NCBI GenBank assembly: GCA_002269645.1
Contig: NIVC01000038.1
Span: 1,116,001 to 1,180,000 of the forward strand
Length of the DNA: 64,000 nt
Direction of reading: 5' to 3'
DNA from: Macrostomum lignano
Lineage: Eukaryota
Under the pieces are notes generated by a model. It searched no databases and had not been told where the DNA came from. It worked only from the letters and a program-made list of their open reading frames with translations. The translations under genes were made by a program, and so were the position numbers. Positions within the stretch are counted from its first letter, which is position 1; every line of letters starts with the position of its first letter. Positions 20,458-33,685 of this stretch are shown here, piece after piece.

Positions 20458-23400
20458 ATGGCGGACAAACTTAAACGTTTACAGCGCGCCGCAAAACAAG
20501 TATCTACTTTAAAAAGGACCGTGACTGTTTGGGGAATAGACTTTGATGCAATTGAAAAAGATCCAAGCAAGAGACTGTATCTGCGTGCAAATCAATGCCA
20601 ATTCAGTGACGTCAGTAAAATTTTAACTGCTGAAAGTGCAACTCTGCAGCTGCTACGTGACGACAATCGCAGAACAGCCGCTCATTATGCAGCCATGAAC
20701 AAGTTTGGAGAAGCTGCACTCGCTGAACTCATCGAGAGATTCGGACCAGGCTGCCTCACAAGTCCTGACGTTGACGAAATCACTCCGTTGCATCTGTCAG
20801 CGCGCTATCACTCAGCTAAGTCTTGGGAACAGAACTTCAAAGCTGTAAAAAAGGTCAACATGTTTAGGTTGAAAGACGCTAACGGAGACACCTGCGCTCA
20901 CTGGGCTGCTCAAAATTCTCAAGACTGCCAAATGATGCTTACAGTGACGAGAATAGCTTCTAAAGCTTGCTTGAAATGGAGAAACAATAGAAATGCAACA
21001 GTGTTGCACCATGTACTTCAGTATTGCACCGAAGAAGTTATTGAGAAGATTGTGCATGGAATAGGCAATTCAAAGGACATTCTTGGCGGAGAAGATATTG
21101 ATGGCAATACCATGGGTCATTTTGCTGCTAAAAACAAAGTCGATGCCATTAAGTTTGTGTCACGAATGAAGACTTCATCACAAAGCGAAATTCATTGGTT
21201 AAAGCCTACAAACAAGCTGGGAGAAACGGTTCCACACTTGGCTCTTCGGCACAACAACGAGAAAGTAGCAACCGAACTTATTGAACTCTTATTAAAAAAA
21301 TCGCTGCCAAATTGGTATAAATTGAAAGACAAGCAGGGCAACACATGTCTGCATGCGATCGCTCAACGCCCAAAAAGAGATGCACTGCTTCTGAAAGCTG
21401 TTGAAGCCGCCATTGAACAGAGTCAGAGTCCACCGACTGAACTCGACTGTCTCATGGATGAGAACAAGCACAAATCCACAGTTCTTCATTACGCTGTTGA
21501 AAATTGCAGCTTGGAAACTGTTCGAGTGCTGCTTACTAAGATAAAAGAAGGCCAAAACCTTCAGACTGCCAACAAAGAGGGCAACACAATCTTCCACATT
21601 GCTGCACAGAGAACAGATAAAAGTGAATTATTGGAGACACTGTTCTCTCGTGAAGAAGTTGATATGAAGGAAGCTTTAAGCAAACTAAATAACAAAAATC
21701 AATCGGTGCTTCACCTGGCAATCGACGTGATGGACAATTTTCAGAAACTAAACATTACGAACATTATCGAAGAGATGACAACGGATGAGCTCTGCCGCAC
21801 CGACATAGGAGGAAACACTTTGCTACATTCGCTGATGCAGAGCAAATTAACATATGATGGCTTCGAGCAGCACCTTTTGAATCGATTCAAGCTACTCGTC
21901 GAGAAGGGAGTAGATGTGGAAGCCACCAACAATCTCAGTTTGAACTGCCTGCACGCAACAAAGCTTGATGCTCTGGTGCTCTGGAAGCTGCTAGATAAAG
22001 TTCATTCGGACGAAACTGCCAGGAGTCACTTCGATAAACTTTTGGTAAATTCAAAGACTGGCGCTCACATAATTCACACATTTTCAGGTCAGTACAAACT
22101 AAAGAATTTGATGTTGGAAAGTATTGAAACTTTATCGAAGAGTCCTCCAAATAGCCTGCTTAAAAAAAAAGTCAAGCTACAATCTTGCGAAAACTCGCAG
22201 CACGGAGAGACCTGCTTGCACTTTGCCTGCGCTTACGGGCATCAGGAAAATATAATTTTCCTGCTTGAAAATGGCTTGAGCCTTTGGAGCGAATCGCATT
22301 CAGGGCAGACATGCGTTGACCATGCCTTTGAAAGCGGAAACTTATACGATCTCCTTCAAGCTGTCCAGGAAGACAAAAAGAACCAGAATAACGTTCCAAG
22401 CTCTGATACATTTACCTCTCAGAAAGAAATCAAAATGACGGACATATGGCGCCTTCTGGATCCGCCGAAAAGAGCGCTTAAACTTCCCAACAGGTCAGCG
22501 GCGAGAATGACTCTGGTGTCTATAACCAATGACTATAGTACAAAGCAGCAAAAAACGGACAAGATAGTTCTGATCAAAGCGCTAGAAATGGACTCCAGAA
22601 AGCTGTTTCGCGCGGCACTCAGCCTAAACATCATCACGAGAGAAACTGAGAGACAATTTACGCAGTATTTTATTGACACAGTAACGGAAGACGAAGAAAT
22701 CCAGCGAGCTTTTTCCAGACAGAACACGTTCAAGCACCTGACTCATGTGGATCCCAATTCTGAGTTGGCGCTTCTAGACTTGGCCACATTCTTTCATCGT
22801 GATGAGATCCTGCCTGATCTGATTCTGACTCGACAGTTCGAGCTTATTCCGTGCTGCCTCAGCTTGCTCATCCAGCTGGACCCCGAGATCATCAAGATGA
22901 GAGCCAAGGCAAAGGGCAAGCATGAGCAGCTGCTTCAACTAAAAAGCAAGATCACGAACATTGCAGTGAACGCACTCAATGAGCTGTTTGTTAACGCTGA
23001 CAGCATCGAGTTCGAGCTGCTGTTCAAGTACATTAAAGGTGAAATGAAGCATTTTACTTTAGATAGCAAAGCAGCAGCAAAGAAGGAAAATCGCGACTGT
23101 TTGGGACCGAAGTTTCCGTACCGAGTCTTTAAAGACGGGAATCCAGAGAAAATTAAGTATAAAAGCATACTTGATCTGGTGAAAATAGCTGACAACCCGG
23201 ATCTGTTTGCCACGGACTGCATCTATTCAGTCACCAAAGAGGAGTGGAGGCAGCCCATTTCAAACTGCTCAAAGCGAGGTTCATCCGGAAACTGCTGTCT
23301 TCCGTGCGACTGCTGCCCCAGCGCTTGCAGCTGCAGGCCAAAAATTTCGAGACCGGATTCTCCACTGGCAAGGTTTTGGACCCACTTTGTCGCATTCATA

Positions 23401-25041
23401 TGTTTCCTCGTATTCTTTGGTTGGTACGTTATTAATTTCGAGGACAGTTTCTTAAAACCACAGTTTGACGCTCTTCTTTTTGCCTATCTTTTTTCCTTTG
23501 GCTTGCAAGAACTGAGTGAAATCTGGAGACAACGAAAAGCTAGAGAGAACTGCAAGATCGGTTCTCACGTACGATCTGTTCCCGCCTACATTGTTGATGG
23601 GCTCAATATTTTCGATGCTCTGGCGATTCTGTTTCTGCTGGCCGGCCTTTCTACAAGATGGCTATATTATGGGATGGGCTTTCATCTACAAGATGCTTAT
23701 TCCAGTCAAGTTGTCCTGTGCGTGTCGTACTCACTGTTCTGCTTTCGATCCGTCTCGTTCCTGAGCTACTTTGAGACCGTTGGGCCAATGATTAACATGC
23801 TTTGGAATCTAATTGTTTACGACTTGTTGCCTTTCTTGGTGGTCTTGTTCGTGATTTTCAGCTGCTTTGGAGTATTCTTTGTGTGTCTGCTGTTTTCGGA
23901 CGTCTGGACTCCGACAGAAGGACTCGCTACTCTAAGCAACGGATGGGAAACGTTTGTTCAAGCTGCCACGATACCTCTGAACTTGCTGTTCGGCAACTTC
24001 GATCAGATCGAGTTGAGCTACTCTCCAGATAGCACGAAGCTAGGAAAGGTCGCCATTAAGCAAGGCTATGAATGGTTTAACTATTTAATAATATTCTTAT
24101 TCATGGGCCTGGTGAATGTTGTGATGATGAACTTGCTGATTGCACTGTTCAATTTGCGAGTCACACAGATTTATGGCGTGGCGATCGGCGTCTGGAGAAA
24201 GCGGTTCGTCCAGATGTTGCAGGAGTACCGGCAGTCGACTCTACTTCCGCCGCCATTGAGTTTTCTGGAGTACATTTTTAAATTTGTTTTGTTCATAGTC
24301 AGTCGATGCTCTAAAAAGTTTTGCACGAAAAATGCTGTCGAAGATGAAAATATCGCAAGTGCTGATGACGTAAGTGACTTTTCGAAATCTCTTTGTTGCA
24401 GCTCATTTATTTGTATTGGAGTCTTCATTATAAAATCGGATGAAACTGAATGCTGATTTTAGACCACAATAATTCGATTTTACATGTAGCTGTTTTTCCT
24501 ATGAATATTCATGGGGGTATACGTGCTAGTTTTAATCACGTCTATACTATTTCGAAAATTCTCTTTTGCATTTCAGAAAACCATCCTTTGGTGGCTAAAA
24601 GACAAGAAGGACTACCCCGAAGAGTACAATCGGTTCCTGAAGTTCCAGGCGACACAGTTCCGCCGGTGCCGGTCCCGCCTGCTGCGCGACACCCAGTGGA
24701 ACAGAAACGACTTTGACGTGGTGAAGGCGCACACGGGAAAGGAACTGTCGGAGTTAAAAATGGATTTGCAGGAGATGCTGGACGATGCGAATATTCAAGG
24801 CCAATTAGGAAAGGTAAGCTATCACAGGCACGATTCGCTGCACCAGGAGACAAAGGTATTTGAAGAAAATGTGTCTGCGGGACCGAATCTGACTCCGAAA
24901 AAGAAGCAGGAGACCAACAGCGGTCAGACGGTGTTTACAGAGCTGAAGCGACAGGAGCAGCGAATTGTAAGCATTGAATCCAAACTGGACCAGCTTCTGA
25001 AACTTTCTCAGCAGCAGCAAAAAAAATCGACAAGAAATTGA
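20458..25041 (+). CDS. ankyrin-repeat TRP cation channel, about 1458 aa, 2 coding exons
   Basis: Exons 20458-24369 and 24577-25041 (phase-0 intron GTAAGT..TTTCAG). About 15 ankyrin-like TxLH motifs, six TM segments, pore LLFGNFD, S6/TRP helix NLLIALFN...VWRKRF...EY...LPPP, and a C-terminal coiled coil. Confidence 0.9.
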
Positions 25042-26589
25042 AGACGGTAAAGTAATTTATGACAGTATGTCAGTAACTATCAATTTAAAAAACAGTTTTT
25101 CCTCAATGCGACAAATATTCTGAAGACAGTCTTTGCATTAAGTAGTATTGTAGTACATTAGATAGTAAGTACTCGTACAGCAAGATTTTCTTGGTTCTCA
25201 AATTCAGGTAGCTACGAAAACAGAAACTAGCGTGTCAACTTTTAAAGCAAAGCAGTTTGAAAAGGTGGCAAGTGTCTTCAAAATTGGAATGATATACTAA
25301 AATATTCTAGCAAAGTAAGTGTGGAATTCAAAGCCTAAAACTATACCGTAGTATTCTATTATTTTCTTATTATTGAATCTTTTAATTATGATATAGTGAT
25401 ATTGTAATAATTGCTTACCTTATGTATATTACTCGTTAAATGCGTTATGAAAAATATATATTCCTTTATTAGCAAATTACTCCTATCTATTTGATCATAA
25501 AAAGTAGCGTAAATATCATTTACTGTCTCAAATATGCTCATAGTGCTTACTATTTTCAAGGTTTTGTTAAAAAGTGTCCGCCATTTTTATTAAATAGCGT
25601 ATATATACGAGCAAATATATCGGATTCTGTTGCCGCCTAAGCTTCTATTTGGCCTTTGCCTTTCGGCCGCATGAACAGTTGTTCTAAAAATAGATCAGAC
25701 TCTGTGTCATTCCTTTGAAGGCGCCCTCGCCTTTTTCCCTTCCCTAAAGAGGTCTTGTTCAGTTCTGATTGTACAGCCTCTCCCCTCTTCCCTGAGAAGG
25801 CCCTTTTTGTTCCGCTATAAGCGTACAGCCTTTTCGCCTTCCCCTCCCTAACTGAGTGTACAGTCTCTTCCCAATTGAGTAATCACACTGATCTTCCCCA
25901 GACTACTATTCTAACCTGGCGATTTGCCAATTCCCTATCCAGAATCGCTGTCTGCGCAGGCCTTTGCCAATTCCCAAACCTTCCTATCAGGCATCCCGCC
26001 TTCTTAAACACACCTCTGTCTATCTAATCCCCACCAACTATCATATTGAACTGTTTCAATGCGCTTTGAGTTGCATAAATCGGCCTAAAATCGATAAAAA
26101 TATACCATTTTAAAATGAAACGAATGAACCGGTAACTGCATTTGTTATACGAATGGTTTTTGTTTATTTGCATACAGTCAGGAAATGGGACCTCACTCGC
26201 TCAGCAAGTAGACTTGCTGAAAAGCTGCGAACAAATACTCGCTATAAAGCATCACCTATATTTGGACGTGATGAAACAATTTCTTGGTCTAAATTATCTT
26301 TTTCGCAACTCCTATAGATCGTCTCGCTTCCTGTTAATGGATCTGCTTAAAGTCGTTCGGATTTAGCGCGCATTGCGACTTCGTGCTGTCCCTCCGTCTC
26401 TTCTTCTGCATGGCTGATTGGCAATGACTTCGTTTGCCCAGTAATACTTGCTGCATGCAGCCTATGCGCTGTCTTGGGCAATTAAAACGCCTTCACTGAT
26501 CAGCCAAAAGCTCAAAACTGCCATAAAATCCGATGCCGAGTCTCTCCATACTGGCAGAATTCTCTTCTACTGACTCACTGAAGCTTGCA

Positions 26590-27624
26590 ATGCGCCGCAA
26601 AATTTCCAGCCTCCTACATCTCGCTGTTCTGTGCGGCCTGCTCTCGGTCTCTGACTGTGTGAACGGAGACAAAACTACACAGCACAGAGTAGCCAACAAT
26701 GACTGCCTGAACTTGTCGCTGTCTGTGTGGCAGCTGTCGCGAGCCTCCGCCTCCCTGCTTGACTGCTTCGTGTCGAGTCGGTCGTTCCGTCTCGGCAGCG
26801 TCGGCGTGGTGCAGCGGAACAAGCGAGACGCCTCGTGCGCGCTGTTCCGCTTCGGTGAGGTGTGCCGCCTGCTCAACATGACCAGCTCGTCTACACCGAC
26901 TGAGGCAGTGGCCGCTGAGAGCACCTGCGACACCGTGGTGGACTCGGAGTACGACGCGATCGCTGCGAACGAGCACTTCAGTGCTGTGTGGGTCGGAGAC
27001 AGGGGACCGGCGCTGGAGAACCTGGTGTGCGGCTCCGAGGGACAGAGGAACCCCATGAAGTCGCTCAATGTGACCTGGACGAGTGAGGGCGCTCGTATGG
27101 ACGGAGTCTCGTCTCGGCTGTGGGTGGACGACCCCACAGGTCTGGACTTCACGGCGTCCTACACTTGGGTGCTGCACCTGAAGAGAACTCCCAAGAAACA
27201 GTGCTTCATCGAGCTGGACAACTGCGGATCATTAGAAGACATGAGCTCATACTCAAGCCACTTTTGTGAATACAGCCTTGTTGCAGGAAAGACGCGATGT
27301 CTGTATTCCAATATTGGCGACAAAAATTGGGTCCAAACCTGCTCTGTGCTGCCCGCCGACCCTGAGCGCTTCTTCATCGCTGGCTTGACAACCGATAAGC
27401 CGTCAGGTGAACGCCGATATCTGCTGGGATCCGCCTTTTTAACTGAGCCCCTGAACTCTGGCAACGGTTCCAAATTTAAATATAACAATGCTGGCGCCTG
27501 CATCAAGATCGGCTGGCGGTATCCAGGCAAGTTCATATTGAATGGCGTCATCCGTGCCGTCGCCGTGGCCAACTCGGCTGTGACTGAAGAGGCGGTGCGG
27601 CTGCTGCTTCAGCAGCAGCCTTGA
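26590..27624 (+). CDS. intronless secreted protein with a Cys-containing N-terminal (PAN-like) region and a C-terminal concanavalin A/LamG-like domain
   Basis: Signal peptide MRRKISSLLHLAVLCGLLSVSDC. The C-terminus KIGW...FILNGVIRAVAVANSAVTEEAVRLL matches the LamG_3-type ending. An upstream in-frame ATG is at 26533. The domain calls are by eye. Confidence 0.6.
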   Translation: MRRKISSLLHLAVLCGLLSVSDCVNGDKTTQHRVANNDCLNLSLSVWQLSRASASLLDCFVSSRSFRLGSVGVVQRNKRDASCALFRFGEVCRLLNMTSSSTPTEAVAAESTCDTVVDSEYDAIAANEHFSAVWVGDRGPALENLVCGSEGQRNPMKSLNVTWTSEGARMDGVSSRLWVDDPTGLDFTASYTWVLHLKRTPKKQCFIELDNCGSLEDMSSYSSHFCEYSLVAGKTRCLYSNIGDKNWVQTCSVLPADPERFFIAGLTTDKPSGERRYLLGSAFLTEPLNSGNGSKFKYNNAGACIKIGWRYPGKFILNGVIRAVAVANSAVTEEAVRLLLQQQP

Positions 27625-28121
27625 TAAACTTTATAGCTGGCTCATGTGATGTTTTTTGGACGCATATAGAAGCAACGAACATGTCGAACTATTGAATTTC
27701 TTGTGATTTTTCCGAACCGCTTTCGGCCTTTCTTCAATCATCAAAAGCGAATGCTTAACCGATCTTTGGACTCTGCTTTGTTGTGTTGCTATTTACGAGC
27801 TACGTACTATCCAAAGCATGATGTGTATTTTTAAAAAATGTTTTTTTACTGGCAAATACTTATTTTTAGATAGCCTTCTGATACAGCTATCTTGTTCTTT
27901 CTGTACATTTATACATGTATGGCTACATGAGTTCAACTTGGATGCGCTCTGGCAGTATGACGACATGACGAGTATTTGACTACATCACCTACTTTTTTCT
28001 GTTGTTGAATCTAATTAATTTCAAGGGAAACTTTAATCTTTGAGTTAATTCTAGAATTTTTTAATACTGTGCGCACTGCCAGAAAAACTTATATAGCTTT
28101 ATAATCCTCACATCAGTGTTG

Positions 28122-28668
28122 TGTAACGGCTTGGTATCTCTTATTATTTTGTGAGTTTCCATGATTCTTATAGATCCTAGTGTTTAATTTGGATTCTGTT
28201 TCTAAGCAATTCTGCTTATATTCAAACATGCGATTTGTAGTTTTTTCCTTCTGTAAGCGCGGTGTGACAGGCGCCTTGGACGTGGATTAGCGCAAGTTAT
28301 ATGATAAGATAGACATTTCTTTTTAGCTCCTGGTAAATCGTCCAGACCTGAAATGCGCATACTATATACTACTTGTTATTGCCACCTAGTTGAATTAGCC
28401 TAGCAGGGCGGTGCCTGTTCCCAGCGCTCTCTCTCTCTCTCGCCTGCTCTGTCCTAATCAATAGCGTAGCAATGTACATGTTCATGAATGTACGCATCGT
28501 TCACTGTCGCCTAACAAATATATATATATTGGGCCCACGGCCATATGGGGCCTTAAGCCTTTCGTTTCGCGCTCACACTGCCGCCTTCACTATCGCAGTC
28601 TTTACACTACTCCTATAGTACTTGTACGCTAGCCACCTTCGCTAAGTAAATATAACGGACTTGTTACA
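28122..28668. mobile_element. possible solo LTR
   Basis: TGTAAC...GTTACA termini with internal TATA-like and AGTAAA signals. No TSD found. Confidence 0.35.
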
Positions 28669-28914
28669 TCTGCTTAACAGGCAAAACAATAATTGGAATC
28701 TGCGGCTTTACGGAGTTGACTTTAACGATTTTGGACAAATGTTGACAATCGAAAGTGTAAAATCAAAAAACCGACTATAAATATATAATATTAATCGAAA
28801 TGAAAGTTTATTTTACACTTAAAATTTAAAATTGTATCCAAAGTTTTTAAATGCACATAAAATTTAAAACTTTAAATTTCTAAATTTAGTTTTCGGCCGA
28901 TTCGCTGGTGCCGA

Positions 28915-31790
28915 GGGAGGACCCCGAGCAGACAGCTCCTCCCGCAGCACATGGAGCGAGCGTATCTCGGAATTGGAGCGATCCCACCGGCCGCCTTGCG
29001 TCGCCGCTTTCGCCGCCCGGATGACTGGGTCGCTGGCAGAGCTCTTGCGGATGTCCTGGAGCGTCAACGCCAACGGGACAGCCGCCTGCGCCACCTCGTT
29101 GATGTAGGCCTCCCTTGATGCTCGCCAAAGCTTCCGGGCTGCCTGCTGAGTACGTCTGCAGCATTGGAGGCTCCTGGCTGGTACTGGACCTTGAACACTA
29201 GGTGCTGGATCCTCAGCGCCATATGAACATGGCAGTCAGCGGCTTGTGATCGGAGACCACTGTGAACTCGGGCGATCCATGCAGGTAGTACTCAAAGTTC
29301 AGGCCTCCTCGAAGACCAGTGCCTCTTTATCGGTTTGCGAGTATCGCCGCTCGACGTCAGATAGGGTTCGGCTGGCGTATGCAACCGGCCTCGAGCTGCC
29401 GTCGCGCTGCACCTGCGCCAGGATGGCGCCCAGTCCGGTCGGCCCCGCGTCTACGATCAGCTGCATGCGCAGCTGCTTGTCGTAAAAAGCCAGCGTTGTC
29501 GGCTCCGCGATGCTGCGCTTCAGCTGCTCAAAGGCGCTGGCCTGATGGCCAGTCGACGCCCTTCCTGGTCAGACGCCGCAGCGGTTCCGCCACCTTGGCT
29601 AGCTGTGGCGTGAACACGGCGAGGTAGTTCACGAGGCCTAGGAATGAGCGAAGGTGTCCAATCGTCCCGCCTCCTTGAAGTCTTGAACGGCGGCGACCTT
29701 GCTTTCGGTGGCCTGGACTCCTTCCGCCGTGAGCCGCATTCCCATGAACTCGATGCTGCTGCGCGCCAGTCGGCACTTCCGAGCGTTCAGCGTGATGCCG
29801 TGCTGCGCCAGGCGGGCCAGACATGCCTCGAGGCTGCTGTTGTGCTCCGCCATCGTGCGGCCGAACACGACCACGTCGTTGTGGATCTATTTTACGTTGG
29901 GCAGGCCTGCCAGCACTCGACTCATCACATTCTGCAGAATCTCCTGGGAGGTGGACAGCCCATGGACAGCCGGGTGAGTCGGCGAAGTCCGCGAGGCGTC
30001 GAGAATGTTAGCAGGTTGCGGCATTTCTCGGCCACAGGCACCTGGTAGAACGCCTTCGCGATGTCAAGCTCAGATCGAACACAGTGCTGCTGGCCATGTC
30101 CCCGGTCAACTCCTCGAGAATCTGGTGCCGCTCGCGGATGACGTAGCGGTTGACATCGCGGAGGTCCTGCGTGATGCGCACCTCGCTCGGCTCCTTCTTG
30201 AGCACGACGACCATCCGCGAAACCCACGGCGCTGGACCGTCGACGGACTCAATGATCCCGAGCTGCTCCAGTAGCTGCAGTTCCTTGTTCACCACGTCTG
30301 CCAGATGGATCGGCACCTTCGAAGGCCCATCGCAGACCGGGCGTGCGCTGTCGGTGAGGTGGATGTCGGCAGGCGGTCCAGTGAAGCAGCCGATGCCGCT
30401 GAACACGCTGGCATGCCAGCACCCTGCCGATGTCCTCGACGTGTTTTTGAGGCACTCCGCTGGATATCGTGCCGCTAAGGAGGCCGTCGACCACCGCCTC
30501 CACTTCAGCGACCTGCAGCACCTGCTGGCCGGCATTAGGTTGTGGTCCGACACGCAGGATGTCCATCTGAGTGGCCGTCTGCCTGCCGATGATGGTGATG
30601 CCTCTCCCTTCGACGACGTGGAACGTGGCGACTGCCTGCCTGCTAAAAATGCGGACGGCCATCGCCGCCTTGCCCAGCAGCTGCATCGGCCGGTCCGACC
30701 CGTATGCGTACAGCCTGTCCGAGGTGGTCTGCAGGTGCGGCCGCTGTCTCAGCCTCTCGAAAGTGGCCCGGTTGATCACATTTCGAGCCGCGCCGCTGTC
30801 GATTAACACCGAAAGTCTGGAACCGTTGATCTCGGCTACTGTGTGGGCCGACTGCTCACCCTGGTCGACCTCACGGCGTTGGCGCCGCTCTGCGGGGCGC
30901 CCTGCTTGGACCTGCAGGCTCGCGCGAAGTGGCCCGGCTTCCCGCACTTTCTGCAGCTCTTGCCCTGCTCTGCGGTGCACGTGGGGTGCCCCGATCTGCC
31001 GCAGCGATCGCAGGATACGCGCTGCGTCGGTGCCTGCGGTCTTGGCGGCTGCCGGTCTCTTCTGACTGCTGCGAGCTGCTGTGGTTCTCCTGGTCTGTCG
31101 CTCTCCATTGCGGTGGCCTGCTGCTCCGCGGTTTCTTTTGCCCTCGCCTTTTTGAGCACATCTGCCAGGGAGATGCTGTTGGTCTGCAAGAAGTCTCTCC
31201 TAAGTCTCTCGGACTCGCAGTAGGCGACGATTTTGTCTCGGATCAGTGAGTCTCTGAGGGACCCGAACTCGCACGGCTCCACCGCCTTGTGCAGACGCTG
31301 ATACCACTGGTCGATCGGCTCGCCAGGCTGCTGTCTGCAGGTCTGAAACTTGAAACGCAGGAACACAATGTTATTCTTTCCATCCAAGTGGCGAAGCGAC
31401 GAGTCCATGCAGTCCAGCGCTGTGCAGTGGAGTTGCAATCGCTATCGATAGTAAACGAGCCGGGTGGCGCGAGTGAGAATTGCTGAGTCATGATTTTAAG
31501 GGTTCGCTTGCGACGCCATTGTAGTAACTGAGACAGAGGCCGTGTTTGCTGTGTAGCCGAAACTCTGACACTCTCGCCGCGCTGGGCACACATCTATATA
31601 TTTAGAGCTAGAATTGGGGTGGCGGCACCCACCCGCTCTGCAGCCAATCAGACCGCCCGGGCGTACACGTTGGGCTAACATACCGTGCGTACGCACACTA
31701 CAACTCCCATGTACGATGGAGGCATTCTCTCCATCATGTTGTCTGGACATCCGGCAAGGGATCACAACAACACAACAACACACAACAACA
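28915..31790 (-). mobile_element. Ty3/Gypsy LTR retrotransposon, frameshifted and truncated at the 3' end (integrase and 3' LTR missing)
   Basis: 5' LTR 31790-31520 (TG...CA) followed by a PBS-like TGGCGTCGC (about 31518-31510). Gag with two CCHC knuckles (CDRCGRSGHPTC, CRKCGKPGHFARAC), protease LIDSGA, RT (LDIAKAFYQV, YVDDVVVFG), RNase H (VDAGP.GL). The sequence breaks into AT-rich DNA near 28915. Confidence 0.92.
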
Positions 31791-31796
31791 ATCAGA

Positions 31797-32400
31797 ATTG
31801 GCTCGACCGTTGTTCAATGAGGACCCGACAGACAAGCTCTCTACAATCAAGTAGAGAGAGATAAATTTCTTTTACCGCAACTGGACTCAGTACCAGAGCG
31901 AGTTCGGGGGGGGGCTGACGGAAACTACTGGATCGGTGAGTGCATCCCAGATCTGCTGCATTCGCTTGCTTTTCCAGTTCGGATTTCAATGACAAGCAGC
32001 GCCATGACGCCCGCATCTTCCCAGGACTGAATTCTCTCCACGCTCTCACTGCTTCTGGTCCTTGGAAGCTGAGGATCCTGATGAAAGCGTGGAACGACTC
32101 TGAGCACTGGGCCGAGTACTCCAGCTTCTCCGTGGGTCCCGAGTCCGACAAATACCGACTGAGCGTCTCCGGCTTCTCCGGCAGCGCCGGCGTCGGCGAC
32201 AGCCTCACCTACAGCAGCGGCATGCAGTTCAGCACGAAGGACGCCCATCACGACACCGATTCTACTAAAAACAGCGCAATCCGTTATAAAGGTGCCTGGT
32301 GGTTCGATGCGTGTCATCTCACCCACCCGAACGGAGAGTACAAAAACTCATCTGCTGCCATCGAAGGTGCTTATGCAGAGGGAGTTATTTGGCATGGAAG
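31797..32400 (+). pseudogene. fibrinogen-related domain (FReD/ficolin-like) pseudogene fragment
   Basis: YRNWTQYQSEFGG.DGNYWIG, intron 31936-32024, then GLNSLHALT...YSSFSVGPESDKYRLSVSGFSG...MQFSTKD...GAWWFDAC. The GWTVIQRR-like motif has decayed to GSTVVQ*. The 5' part is cut off by the LTR element. Confidence 0.8.
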
Positions 32401-32851
32401 GAGTTCGAGATGCTGCTTCTGTAGCAGCACCAGCATGACTGCAGAGAAGATGCCGCTGCTGCAACCGGCGAATTCGAGCGCTCAATCGGCTTCGAAGCAA
32501 CTTTGACATTTCCTGAAATTTGTGCAAACTGAAATATTCTGCTGCAGTGCGAGGACAGCCGCGAGATGAGGCGGTCGAAACTGATAATGAAAATACATGA
32601 GCTTTGAATTTCCACCTTGAGAAAAATAAAATTTCCTAATTTAAAATGTCAAAATTTGCGGTAGCGGTAGCGGTGCTCTATTAAAACTTGCGCTGACGCA
32701 ACACAAAGGAATTGGTTCAGCGGTTTATACAGTCGAGGATTTTGTCGCAATGATTGGAGATGTGACTTTTCTAGGAAAGCTTTTGATCGAGGCCTTTTTT
32801 GAGCATTAGCAGTGCAAGACAAACCATTTTTAGCATATGGATATAACACTG

Positions 32852-33432
<581 letters not shown>

Positions 33433-33459
33433 ATTGTGCGGCCCTGCCTCGAAGATAAC

Positions 33460-33685
33460 TCAGAATGGCGTTTAAAAGATACTCAATTGGCGCTTGTAAG
33501 ATACTCAAATTAGGCGCCACAGAGATACTCAAGTGGCGCCACCTAGATTCTTAAATTGCGCCCTAGCGATACTCAAATAGGGGCCCTAAAAGTACTCAAA
33601 TTGGCGCCACAGAGATACTCAAATTGGTGCCCTAAAAGTACTCAAATTGGTGCCATGCACAGAGATATATTCAATTCGGCGCCAA
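33460..33685. repeat. about 22-bp degenerate tandem repeat (AGATACTCAAATTGGCGCC)
   Basis: About nine copies read directly. Confidence 0.85.
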
